Origin: Callorhinchus milii
Lineage: Eukaryota
Length of the DNA stretch: 64,000 nucleotides
NCBI RefSeq assembly: GCF_018977255.1
Contig: NW_024704743.1
Span: 39,248,001 to 39,312,000, forward strand
Direction of reading: 5' to 3'
Made by a program: the position numbers and the translations under genes. Positions within the stretch are counted from its first letter, which is position 1. Each line of letters opens with the position of its first letter. Of the stretch, positions 39,319-51,699 are shown piece after piece. A model generated the notes under the pieces. That model did no database searches and had not been told where the DNA came from. It worked only from the letters and a program-made list of their open reading frames with translations.

Positions 39319-40419
39319 AACTTGCATTTAAATAGCCAGCTTTACGCGGGTTAGCATCCCGGAGCACTTGGACATTATATTATCACCTATTAAAAAAGTA
39401 AAAATTATGTTCATCTAATCGATGCTATCCACGTTAGAGTACAAATATTATGTGCAGGCTAGTCTTAGGCATACAGGAAGCATGTGCATTAATTGCTCAC
39501 ACTGTTTAGGCACAAGCATGAACAGCAGTGGAACAAAGAGATTTGGAATAATATGGTTTCTGGTTTCTTCATACTTATGAAACCCAGCTGTGTAATTTCT
39601 CTCTTCTTTATGGGTGGTGCTTTAAACCTGCAGTATATGGCTACATCATATGTGACATGCAGTGTTGAAATATTACTACGAGGTTATGAAGAGCAGAAGT
39701 TAACACATAACAATTCTGTTGAAGCCATAAAATAACATTCACAGTGCTTCTACCTTGAAAGTAAAACCAATTTTAGTATTACTCTGAGCTTGTGCCATCT
39801 TCTCTCCTAACCTCTTTATTGAGCAAAGGAGTTCTCAAAACACTAGTTCTACAGTTGCAACATGCTTTGCTTTCCTTGGACAAAAAATCTTTCAAAACAT
39901 TGTGTTTTAACCTCTTTGTTTTTAATGGATGATTGAAAATGGGAGACAGTGAAATTAATTTGCAACAACTGCCAACATACTGTTGATATATTGATCCCGT
40001 TGTTTGCATGGTGCCAAATCGGCACATGGATTATTTAGCATTCTAATCCAAACTACTATGTTGAAATTCTTGATTTTTGCTTTTCTTTGTTTTCATTTCG
40101 ATCAGTTACAAATCCCACAAATCCTCTTAATCGAGATGTAATTAACAAAATGTGGAATGAGAATGGAACTGGAAACTCTCAAAACCTATCATTGAAAGTA
40201 TTCATCATAACAGAGCAGAAAAGCCTGTGTTTTTTTAACCTATCTCAACTAGCTATAGTGTTGATTTTCTTTAATTTCGTAGTCTGTCTTGCTTGGTGCC
40301 ATCTGCAAAGATTAGCTACCTTTCACTGAAAATCCATGTCACTGATGTTTATTGCAAACAGAAGAAAGTTCTCCTCAAGGACCTCAAATTTTATCTCTTC
40401 CCCACTTCAGCCTCTCTCT

Positions 40420-40740
40420 CCAGAATATTTCTCCCTAGGCTTCAATTCCTATAGCCGATTATTAATTCATGCACTTATCTTACCTTTGTTATCCACCGAT
40501 CTCAGTTTGTCTTGTAGCAATTTGTTGAAGGCCTTTTGGAAAACTAGGTGCACTGCATCACTGTGGATTAAGGATGTCATTTGCTCAACAGTAATCTATA
40601 AATTTGGTTAGATGAGACCTACCTGCTTTGAATGTATGTTAGTTGCCATTTATTAGATCATTTTCGTATTCTCTCCCATTTGCTTTTGATGATTGCTTCC
40701 TATTACTGAAGAGTTTCCAGGTAATGGCTCTGTCATTTAT
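40420..40740 (-). mobile_element. Old CR1 RT fragment
   Basis: Minus strand reads DAVHLVFQKAFN, resembling the CR1 D..YLDFQKAFD motif. Confidence 0.6.
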
Positions 40741-40744
40741 CTTA

Positions 40745-41090
40745 ACATACACATTTACAATTACTGTAAATTGACTGGTGACTATGTACTTGTCGGCAAA
40801 TGCATCAGTCAATTTTCACAAGGCAATGTCCCACAAACAGTCATAAAGTGAACGGTTAACTTTTATCTTGTGGATTGTTGGCTAGGACATCGGGAGAAAC
40901 TGTTCTCTTTTTGAATGGAGCCATTAACCTTTTCAGGCAGGTAGAACCTCACTTTAATATCTCATCTGAAGCACAGCACCTCTGAAAATGTAACACCAGC
41001 CCCTTCCCAGAACTCCATTGTCATATCAGCCTGGTATCCACAAGCGTCTGATTCAAAGGCAAGAGTACTACCAACTGACCCAGGCTGACA
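40745..41090 (-). mobile_element. Deu-type SINE
   Basis: Head TGTCAGCCTGGGTCAGTTGGTAGTACTCTTGCC; central CAGATGAGATATTAAAGTGAGGTTCTACCTGCCTG. Confidence 0.75.
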
Positions 41091-42548
41091 TACGTTTGCT
41101 AATTCCAGTCTGTTGGACCCTCTCTAGTGTCGACTCATGAAATTCCTGTCATTCTGTTGTATGACGGAAGGTCTCAATCCAATCCGGATAGAACCGAAAT
41201 TACCACATGTCATCAAAGTTTGTATTGAGTGGACTGAATAAGTGCTTATTACAAGCGCTTGTAATGCAGAGATATAGTAACAAATCTGATTTTGTATATA
41301 AACAGAAGTTCTAACTGTGGCTACAAAAGGCAGCTGAAATTATTTTTTTCAGAAAAATATTGAAAACATATTGTTATTGTTAAATACAGAGTCACCAGTT
41401 GACTCAGTCAGCTGGTTCTTTTTATTCCACATTCAGGATATGCCTTGCTTTCACTTTTATTCATGAAGTTTATGATCTGGAATCATTCATTGCTGCAAGC
41501 GTAAGTATTCAGTCTTCTCGTTGCCATGGATGCTCCCGCAAACTGTTCAAATCCCCCTGTTATTATCTTTGCAGTTTAACATTTTTTGGGATCCTTCACA
41601 CATGAGTACAGGCAATTCTTTGCAGTATGATAGTTGGTTTTTCAATAAGATAGAAATAAAATACCAGCTCTCTGAACTGATCTTGCCAGCAATGGAAAAC
41701 AGATCATGGTAACCAACAATGACTGACTGATAGTATGCCAGTACATTTTTTTAATATATAGTTTCTACAATGAAAAAACATCTAAAAGACCATCATATTA
41801 ACTACTTTCATATGTAGTGACTGTTTTTTTGTGGATGTACATACAAGCTATTTTGCACACAGCAAAGTCCCTCAAAAACTATGAGTTGAATGCCCTATTT
41901 ATTTGGAGGATTGTTGGTTGGGACACTGGAAGAAACTCCTTTCTATTTTTAATCATGTATGGAGGACTTTTAACATCCACCTGCAGAACGAATAGCAGGT
42001 CATTTTAAGATAAAATATTGGAATTCATATTATTTTCTTAAACCTCCTCCCCTGCCCTCCAGAAAAATCATTAAATATGTCCCTTTATGCTTGATGGTAA
42101 TACATTAATTTCATCCCTTCAAGTTTTAATATTATGAATCTGAAATGATTTTAAATATTGGCTGTTGATCAGGGAAATGTCATGTGTTTACTTACTGAGT
42201 TTCCTGGTGGAATTTTGAGATTGCCTATTCTGCTATTTTATCTTTGTGTCTGTCACTATCAGTATTTTGCTGCTTTCTTTCTGTTGATGTATTTTTGTTT
42301 CCTATCTCAATGACTCAGGCCTATATCCCCGTATTCTTTTACAACATGTAACTTTATAGCGTTCAGTCCCAATTGCTCAAAAGGAGCTTTCTAATTATAC
42401 AATACAATACAAATAACATTTCACGTCGGGAGGACGTCCCAAGAACTTAATTGATGATAATGAGGACCTTATGATGGACCTAAAACAAAAACAGAGAGAG
42501 CTGGGAAAACTCAGCAGGTCAGGCAGCATCTATAGAGAAAGGAAAGTG

Positions 42549-42585
42549 AGTCAACGTTTCGGGTCCACGACCCTTTATCAGAACT
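42549..42585 (-). ncRNA. Minimal type-I hammerhead ribozyme-like motif (mutated core)
   Basis: AGTT-CTGATAA-A-GGGTC-GTG-GACCC-GAAAC-GTT-GACT. Confidence 0.6.
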
Positions 42586-42712
42586 GGGGCATGTTGAGAG
42601 GGAAAGGTTTTTAAGGACAAGTTGAGGGGGGAGGCAGGACAAGGACGACAAAGAAGACAAAAAAGAAAACAAAAGAGAGAATGTGTTAGTTGATGGGTTA
42701 AAGAGGTGATAG

Positions 42713-43117
42713 GGATGTAATACCTGCTCTTTCACCTCCTCCCAGACCACAATCCAAGGCCCCAAACACAGTTTCTATGTAAGACAACGGTTTACATATA
42801 CTACCACCAATGTAATATACTGTATCCGCTGCTTATGGTGTGGTCTCCTCTATACTGGGGAGATGAAGTGCAGATTGGGTGACCGATCTGCAGAATGCCT
42901 CCGTTCTGCACGCAAGGTCAACCCTGATATTCCAGTCTCCTGCCATTTCAACTCACACTCCTATTCACAGTCTGACCTCTCCATCCATGGTCTCCTATGC
43001 TGTTCCAATGATCCACAGCGAAAGCTTGAGGAACAACATCTTATCTATCCGCTAGGGACCCTACAGCCTTCTGGCCTCAATATCATTTCAGCCACTTCAG
43101 ACCATACCAGTGAATAA
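42713..43117 (+). pseudogene. GIY-YIG endonuclease domain remnant of the Penelope-like element
   Basis: Stop-free frame CNTC…NVIYCIRCLWCGLLYTGEMKCRLGDR…PVSCHFN…RKLEEQHLIY.LGTLQPSGLN, showing VIY/YTG motifs, CxxC and the terminal P.GLN. Confidence 0.88.
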
Positions 43118-43431
43118 TAACAATCCTTGCATTTGATACAGCTCACCTTCCCCCCACCCCCCCCCTTTCTGTTACCAGAAGAGTTATCTTCTATTATCAT
43201 TACAATCATCACCCCAGATACTCTTTGACACTCTGGTATGTTGCCTGTTCTGCACCATTAACACCTCTTCTCCCCAGTTTTGTTTCAACACACACCCTTT
43301 TTGTTGTACAACCCCCCCTTTTGTTTTAGGTCACTATCACCTCTCTCTCTTTAACCCATCAATTTTGTCATCCTTGTCCTGCCTCCCCACCTCAACTTGT
43401 CCTTAAAAGCCTCTCCCTCTCAACATGCCCC

Positions 43432-43468
43432 AGTTCTAACGAAGGGTCGTGGACCCGAAACGTTGACT
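43432..43468 (+). ncRNA. Minimal type-I hammerhead ribozyme-like motif (mutated core)
   Basis: AGTT-CTAACGA-A-GGGTC-GTG-GACCC-GAAAC-GTT-GACT. Confidence 0.6.
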
Positions 43469-43669
43469 CACTTTCCTTTCTCCATAGATGCTGCCTGTCC
43501 TGCTGAGTGTTCCCAGCTCCCTCTGTTTTTGTTTCAGATTCCAGCATCTGCAGTATTTTGTGTTTTGTTTATGATGGACCTAGTCTTGTTTACATTTATA
43601 TCCAGAAGTAAATGGCAACCAAGAATTACCCCACTTGGACAGTTGTGATATTGTAGATTCTCAGGACAA

Positions 43670-43995
43670 CCCGTCCTTTGGATGAGACATTAAACTGTGA
43701 TTCCACCTGCCTGTTAAGGTGAACGTTAAAGATCCCATGGATCTATTCAAACAGAGAAGGGAGTTTCTCGCCGTTTTCTGGCAAATAATCCCCAGAATAA
43801 AGTTGGTAATTTACTCCATGGCTGTTTGTGGGACACTATTGTGTGCAACTGGCTGCAGAGTTTTGCCCACAAACTACTCAGTCAAATGCACTTTACAGTA
43901 TATGTATCAGTGAAGAGCTTTGAGACGTCTCAATAATTGTGACAAAGCCAGTTGATGACATGATCAAATGCAAGGATATTATTATTTTTATTACT
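43670..43995 (+). mobile_element. Deu-type SINE body and tail
   Basis: GGATGAGACATTAAAC…CCTGCCTGTTAAGGTGAACGTTAAAGATCCCATGG. Confidence 0.8.
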
Positions 43996-44159
43996 ATTCA
44001 GTCCTGATTGTTTTTTGAAGCTATTGTTAACACATAATATGTCTGACCTATCTGTTTGTCTGTCTCTCTCTTTCCCTATCATTTGCTGAATATTTTCTAT
44101 CTTTATGAGAGCTGGAGAAAATTTTAAAAGAAAATTGCCCTCAAATTCACAGTCGCTAT

Positions 44160-44534
44160 GAATATAATAACAATAATCCTTGCATTTGATATAGGACTTA
44201 TCACATTGTTGAGATGTCTCACATTGCTTGACAGAATATTCTGGAAAGTGAATTGCCTACATTTTGTGGACGAAAAGTGGCAGCTAATTGCACACAACAG
44301 TGTCGCACAAATAGTTGTGGGTTGAGAGGCCAATTTTTTTAAAAAAAAGACATCATTGCCCCTGAAAAATTGATCCGCCAATCGACTAATAACCGGGTTC
44401 CTACTCACTGTTAGGCAAACAGAGGTGTGTAGAGTAAGTAAATTTGCCTAAGGGTTTTACCCTGCCCAGGAATCAAACCCAGGTCCTCTCAATTGCGAGG
44501 TGAGTGCTCTAGCCAATAAGCTACAGGACTCCAC
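44160..44534 (-). mobile_element. Full-length tRNA-Ala-headed SINE, long subfamily
   Basis: Minus strand runs from TGGAGTCCTGTAGCT…GGGTTTGATTCC to the tail; the head abuts the (GTT)n tail of the adjacent L2. Confidence 0.88.
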
Positions 44535-45135
44535 TACAACAACAACAACAAAATTACATTTGTATAGCGCCTTTCATGTCAGGAGGATGACACAAGGTGC
44601 TGGACAGTCAGTGCTTCGGACCTGAGCTGGGGATCGGGGAGGGTGGTGGGCAGGGGGGGAAGCATGAGATTGAAGGCACGGCTGAAGAGGAGGGTCTTGA
44701 GATGGGTCTTGAAGGAGGCAAAGGAGGGGGTGAGGTGGAGGGACTGCGGGATGGAGTTCCAGAGGGTGGAGGCGGAGTGGCAGAAGGCCCGCCCGCCAAT
44801 GGTGGGGCGGGTGAGGCGGGGGATGTGAAGAAGGCCAGAGCCCAGTGAGCATAGGGAATGGGCAGGATGTGTTAGCAGGTCGCAGAGGTAGGGGGGAGCA
44901 AGGCCATGAAGGGTTTTGAAGGTGAGGACCAGGATCTTGAACTGTATCCTCTGTGTGATCGGAAGCCAGCGGAGTCGGGCGAGGATGGGGGTGATAGGGT
45001 CACGGAGCCTGGTGGGGGAAAGGACACGGGCTGCAGAGTTCTGGATTATCTGCAGCCTAAGGAGGGAGGAGTTGGGGAGGCTGACAAATACGGAGTTTGC
45101 ATAGGCAAGCCTTGATGTTATGAATGCGTGTATGC
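44535..45135 (-). mobile_element. L2 3' fragment
   Basis: Encodes LQIIQNSAARVL…IQFKILVLTFK…LWNSIPQ; (GTT)n tail. Confidence 0.9.
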
Positions 45136-47214
45136 ACTATTCTATAGTAAATCCTATGATACACGTTGAGACATTGCAAAACTATAATAAGGCACTATAT
45201 CAAATGCAAAGATTGTTATTCTTGTATGACTGATTTAATTACATTATTAGCCAAGAACTGCTTCTGGGCATAAATAATGTGCAGGAAATAAGAAATTGAA
45301 TAGATAATGTAAGAAAGCAGTATATATTGGTTTGAGACACACTGGTAGACTGGTGCTATAAGGGAGAGAAGATTATTGTTGTTTTACAGGTGACTTTCCA
45401 GTTGCATATCAAGGCAATCTGATCCAGAGCCCACATTGTAAAATACGATCATTGAAGATGAAGCCTGCTTAGATTGCAGCTTAGTTTAAATTTATAGTTC
45501 ACGGAAACCTTTTGCTTCATAGATTGTACAAAATTGGCTTGTTGCCACAAATGTCAGGAACCAAATTTGCAACATTTTAAGTTGGCCCACACCTTTCCAA
45601 GGTTGATATTCAGTTTGTTATATATTACAATCTTTGTGCAATAATTACTCTTAAATCCACCCTTTTGATCCTCGGGAGGTTTCAGCTGAGCAATGAGTCA
45701 GTTTTTTTTGCAATAGACAGAAAAAGAAAACAATAACATCTTGTAAAATGAAAGAAGAGATTCAGCGGTCCACTTTCAACTTCACATCTGGTAGCTATCA
45801 AAGGCAGACATGTGTTGGAGAATCCACTGAGTGTCACATTCCAAAGTAACAAAGTCTCAAACTGTTCTTAAATTTCACTGCTCAGCCGTCACAGTTCATT
45901 TCAGAATTGGCCTTTATTGAAACAGAAATTACAGCTAAAATGGTGCCCATGTTTAACCAGGTTTTAAATAATAATAATAATGCTTGCATTCCACATAACG
46001 TCTTATCACGCTGTTGAAATGTCTCAAAAACACGTATCAGAATTTTTACGGTGTAGTGACTGTGTATCTGCGTTTTCTGGTCTTGGACATGTCTGATATT
46101 TTTCAGCTCACTGTCTGCTTGTCCTGGTGGCCGGCTGAAATAAAGCAGAGATAGGAAAAAATAGGGACTGTCACTGAAGTAGAAATTTTCAGTATTCAGA
46201 CTATTGAGTAACACTGTTACCTCCATTACTAAATTACCCTTATTTTACTTAATCCCATTTCCTGTCTCTTTCCACATATCCCCTAATATTTTTAATGTCC
46301 ATATGTTTAACCAGATGTTTACCCACTTCCCTTGATAGTCATCGACTACTTTTTGATATCCGGAAGTAAAACCCATGAAATCACTTGAACCCAGTTCACG
46401 TGGGATAATGGCAATCACTAATGATTTTTACATTTTACATTTAACATTCTATTGTGTTATTTGCACTGTGTGGCTATGAATCAAATTGTCTGGCTGGAAA
46501 TGGTAGGAAATGGACACACAGTTAGCTCATCTTTTGACATGAAAAAGCCTGTAACTAGGGCTCATGATTTTAATGTTTTGTTTTATCCTGCATTTGAGGA
46601 GGAAAGGGAATGAATTCACTTGTCTGCAAGGAAACAGAAAATTTAGGTTAATCATCGGCCAAATGACTTTTGGAACTGAAGTCATCCATTGAAATAGAAA
46701 GATCAGTAGTTGGAGAGAAAATTCTGCTTTGCAAGGATTTCATTTTTAAAAAAAGAATAGTTTCAATGCCTGAGAGGCACTCACTGCCAGTTCCAGTCAG
46801 CATTAATGAACTGCTGTGTTGTACAGATTCAAAAGAGCTGAAAATGACATTATACAGTCAGAAATGGCTTCACAGAACTTCAGTAATTTTCATCTTCCTT
46901 TCTAATATATTTTGCTGCATGCTCTGCTGAATTTGTAGCATGGGTAATTGTGGATCCCTGTATCTCAAAGTGAAAAGCAGCTGAGGACTTTTGTAGTTAA
47001 TGCATTTTTTAAATATGATACATTTTCTTAATAAAATCCCATTATTTTTTCCTCTCCATGTTTCATCCTGATGTACTGCTTCTATGTCTATGACAAACTC
47101 AAAACATGGATCTTTTAACTCAGTTTAAGGGATGACTAGTTCAGGGCTTCACAAACTGACTCCCATTTTGCATGTCTCCCACTCCCGCTATAATCTCTCT
47201 GTCTCTCTTTTTGT

Positions 47215-47590
47215 CTTTCTCTCTCTTCCCTCCTAACCCCCTACCAACCTGTTTGCTCACTCCTCTTCTGGCCTGCTTCACGTCCCCCGCCGTGCCCACC
47301 TCACCATTGGCGGGCAGGCCTTCAACCTCTCTACCCCCACCCTCTGGAACTCCATCCCACAGACCCTCCTCCTTGTCCCTTCTCTTGCCTTCACCAAGAC
47401 CTGTCTCAAGACTCTCCTCTTCGACCGTGCCTTCAGTCACCCTCCTACCCCTACCCTCTCTGCCCTCCACCTCTTTTAATCCCAACCACCAGCTCAGGTG
47501 CGGATCCCTGACTGTCCAGCGCTTTGGGACGTCCTACTGACATGAAAGGCGCTATACAAATGTACCTTGTTGTTGGTGGTGGTGGTGGTA
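47215..47590 (+). mobile_element. L2 3' end
   Basis: Encodes IGGQAFNLSTPTLWNSIPQ…LKTLLFDRAF; tail ending (GTT)(GGT)n. Confidence 0.88.
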
Positions 47591-48209
47591 TCACCTGCTT
47601 TTCAAACCATGATTGACCACTTGATCTGCCAGTGGAGGATTGCAGGGCTCACGTGCAACATTCTCATTAAACAATCCTTCATCTGAGATATTAAACTGAG
47701 GTGCATCCTGTCTGCCTGTTCAAGTGGATGTTAAAGACATTAAAGATCCTTTGCCACTATTTGAAAAGAGAAAGGAATTAGGAAGGCATACACACACACC
47801 TAGGGAGACAATCTGCTGCAGTATGTGATGTGATAATTATGACAGTGAGCTAAAAAGCAGGAGCATCTTTTGCAGGTTGGGAGAAACTATTTTCTTAAAG
47901 TTTTGGAGGAGGGGGAGGCTATTAAACAGCATTAAACACGTTGATAAGGACAGGTTTAAAAGGATGCACTTTTAACTGCCATTTTCTGCCATTGTGCTAG
48001 TTATATGCCATATATTCCCACTTTCAAAAAACTTACCTGCATACACATGTTTCGCGAAGCTGTTGTACATTTTCATAGCATGCAGTTTATAGAAAACAAA
48101 TAGGTGTCAGCATGTCTCTGTTGCTGGCGGAGGACTGCAGGATGGAGATCCAGAGTGTGGGGTCAGAGTGGCAAAAGACCCATGGCCAATAGTGAGCAGT
48201 GCTGGATGG

Positions 48210-48552
48210 AGGTGTACTGCATTGTTGGAGGTACCATCTTTACAATGATACATTAAACTGAGGTCCCGTCTACCTGTTCAGGTGGACAATAAACTATTTG
48301 AAAAGAGTAGGTAGTTTCTTCCAATGTCTTGGTGAACAATCCCCCAAATAAAATTGGTCATTCATTTATTTATTTCATAGCTGTTTGTAGGATGTTGTTG
48401 TTTGCAAATTGGTTGCTGCTTCGTTTACAAAATACATTGTATACAATAGTATAAAAAATATGCTTTAGAGTACATCCTATGAAGTTCTTGGAGATGTCCT
48501 CCCAACATGAAATGCATATATATATATATATCGAAATGCAAAGATTATTACT
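48210..48552 (+). mobile_element. Deu-type SINE body and tail
   Basis: CATTAAACTGAGGTCCCGTCTACCTGTTCAGGTGGAC block plus tail. Confidence 0.78.
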
Positions 48553-49433
48553 GATGTGTTAGGTTTGCTGACATGGTTACATATACACCTGGAGCAGTTT
48601 GTTTCCAAGGGTTGAATCAATGTATTTGTTTTGAGCTCCCCAGGATCGATGGGATCTAAGTTAACTGAAGATCTCCACTGTTAATTTCGCTATCTTTGGC
48701 TTCAGTCAGGTCATTGTTGATTTATTTCCCTTCCTGAAGTGATTTGATTGTTTGCAGCAGCTAGTATTAAGCATATTTCCATGAAAGGGTCTTAAGGCCG
48801 CCTGGCATTTCCCCAGATCCAGGCACACATCACAAATACCTCATTCAGATGCATCTCAAAGGTGTATTGGCCTCATTTATGCAGAAGAACATCTCAATGC
48901 ACTTAACAATGATTGTGAGTTGAAATTCGGAGAAAATTCATAATACCTGAGACATGCAGCTTGCATTAACAGGTCCACTAAAACAATGCTTGCCCATTGA
49001 AGAGTTGACCTGAGCAATAGGTAAGTGTAATGACGGTATTGATCTGCACCAAGAGATTGTGATTTCACGATACTCAATGATCCAGTGATTTGCATCAGTT
49101 CTCATGAAAATGACAACACAGATGCCCTTTGACCAATGCTGGAGGTAGCTGACTGGCTGAGTCCGTCTACTCTAATCACAATTCCATGCTATCTTCTTGT
49201 ACACTCATATACTTCTATTAGACTGTAACTGACTTTGCTGATAGGGTGAAGTCTTGCTCCTGCTGGTGCAGCTGTGGATAATGCAGCACCAAGAAATCTA
49301 TGCTCACTTTTTCAATGAAAATCGAGCAACATAAATCCCAGCCACACCTCCACTCTCCTGCCCCCTAAATAGAAAACTGACAAATTGGCTGTTGAATTTA
49401 AACATGTGACTGGTGTGTAATAAGTGATTTCAT

Positions 49434-49802
49434 TATAATACTAATAATCCTTGCATTTGATATTGAGTCTTATGTTATCAAGTCGTTTCAAAGCGCTTCA
49501 CAGAATATACTGTAAAGTGAATTGACTGTATATTTTGTGGGCAAAGCTCAACAGCTAATTGCGAACAACAGTGTCCCACAAACATTTGTGGATTGAATCA
49601 CTGCACTTTTTTTTAAAAGGGATAATTACCCTCAGAAAAGCGATCTGCCAATTGACTAACAACTGGGTTCCAACTTACTGATAGGTAAACAGAGGCATGT
49701 GGAGTTAGGAAACTTGCCTAATGTTTCATCCTGCCAGGAATCAAACCCAGGTCCTCTCACTCACGAAGCGAGTGCTCTGAGCACTAAACTACAGGACTCC
49801 AC
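49434..49802 (-). mobile_element. Full-length tRNA-Ala-headed SINE, long subfamily
   Basis: Complete head-to-tail match on the minus strand. Confidence 0.9.
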
Positions 49803-49828
49803 AATATTCTTCTTATGGATGTTTAGCT

Positions 49829-50141
49829 TCCTGTAGTTCAGTGGTTAGAGCACTCGCTTTGCAAGCGAGAGACCTGAGTTCAATTCCAGGCAGGGCGAAA
49901 GCTTGGGCAAGTTTCCTTACTCCACACGCCTAATAATAATCCCTCCAAAAACCAAAAACAATAATAAATTGGTCATTTTCAATCTACGACTGTTTGTGGG
50001 ACATTGCTGTGCACAATTGGCTGCCGCGTTTGCCCACAAATATACAGTCAATTCACTTTACAGTGTGTTCTGTGAAGCGCTTTGGGACGTCCTCCCGACG
50101 TGAAAAGTGCTCGATCAAATGCAAGGATTATTATTATTATT
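49829..50141 (+). mobile_element. Young tRNA-Ala-headed SINE, short subfamily
   Basis: Nearly identical to 9030-9345. Confidence 0.9.
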
Positions 50142-50395
50142 AACCAGTTATACTATTGGAAGTTAATTCCAAAGAATCCATCGCTACTTTCACATTCTTT
50201 GTCAAGGATAATAATAACAATAAAAATCCTTACATTTCACATAGTACCTTCCATTTAGAGCCAGCATCTCAAAGTGCTTCACAGGAGATACTGCAAAATG
50301 GAGTAAATGTGTACCTTGTGGGTGAATACAGTAGCCAGTTTGTGGAAACAGCCATGGGATGAAAAACATATAAAGAAATGAATGTCTGAACAAAA

Positions 50396-50645
50396 GGTCT
50401 GAAATTTCACTTGGGCTTAGCCTATGAGGCCTGTGTTAAAATTTTGTCTTAAAATTTAAGGTGTACAGAATTATAGAAAATTCTCAAATTCAGTATTCAT
50501 TTTGGAAGCCTGTTTTCAGCTTTCTTAAAAAGAAACTGGCATCTAAATCAAGACAGAATTTATGAAGTTTCCACAATTATGTACGATCTTCAATTGTAAG
50601 ACAAAATGGTCATACAGGTCAAGATATAGGCCGAATTCTGAGCCG
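50396..50645. mobile_element. Palindromic MITE-like element
   Basis: Arms TTTTGTCTTAAAATTTAAGGTGTACAGAATT and AATTATGTACGATCTTCAATTGTAAGACAAAA; starts GGTCTGAAATTTCAC. Confidence 0.65.
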
Positions 50646-51451
50646 TGTAAATTCAATCGCACTGTCTGTAGCTGTGTAAATTCAATCACATTGCCATCTT
50701 AGTTGAAACACCAGTAAGCTTACAAACAGGACAATCATAGTAATGTAAACTAGCAGAAATTCATTTTGCTTTTGTCTTTGATCCAATTGGTGAAAGACAA
50801 TTCGTTATCTGGCATATTAAAAAAAAGGCAGTACTATAATACAAAGAGCCTTGAAAAACATGGAAGTAATTCACTATGAAGCTCCACAGACAAAACAAAA
50901 TCTGCATGCTTCCCATTAGGAAATAGAAGATAATTCATTTGTAAATAGGCCACAGCTGATTCACAAGTTTGCTGCTCAGCAAGTTTACTTAAAAATATTT
51001 GCTGCATCCTCTCTGCATTTAAATGGTGCCAAGTGAGTTTCTCTCTCATTCAGCATCAGGACAACTGAGCTTGAATGATAACAGTGGGAAGGCTGCCTGA
51101 CACAATAAAGTGACAAATATGAAGCGACTTTGGGGAATGCTGTGATGAAATTGTGCATCCAGTTGGATCTGCAACTGGTACTGAGTGTGATTATTGTGGG
51201 AATGGCTGTTAGTGCAACAGAGCAGCGAAATGCTGGCAGCTGTAATGTGCAGTCTGTTAATTGTGGCATTAGGGCTGATTAAGTCAGCAGTTTTCCCCTT
51301 TAATAAACAAGCAGTTGCCACTGTGACAATTGTTACTGGAACAATCTGAGCAAATCTTATAGCTCGCTAAGCCAAGTGCGAGACGGGTGGGGGTACTGTT
51401 GGATCATTACGTTTAGCTGTCCCAGCGCATTTGTGAAAGAAGACTTGCTGT

Positions 51452-51640
51452 TATAGGAACATAGGAACAGGAGTAAGCCATTCAGCCCCTCGAGTCTGTT
51501 CCACCATTCTGTAAGATCGTGGCTAATCTGTACCTCACATCCAATTACCAGCCCTTGCCTCATATTCCTGGATATCCTGACCTAATAAATATCTATCCAC
51601 CTCAGTCTTGAACATTTTGATGGATCCAGCATCCTGTTTG
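51452..51640 (-). mobile_element. CR1 3' end
   Basis: Minus strand encodes DAGSIKMFKTEVDRYL, then GGGCTGAATGGCTTACTCCTGTTCCTATGTTCCTAT. Confidence 0.85.
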
Positions 51641-51699
51641 GGGAGGGGAAATAAAAATAATAATATTGATAATAATTCTTGCATTTGATACATGGATTT

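Larger units (their letters stand above)
42483..43568 (+). mobile_element. Penelope-like element, 5'-truncated, with an inverted terminal repeat
   Basis: Inverted repeats at about 42483-42711 and 43335-43534 flank a GIY-YIG frame. A 14-bp direct repeat TTATGATGGACCTA lies at 42469-42482 and 43569-43582. Confidence 0.9.
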
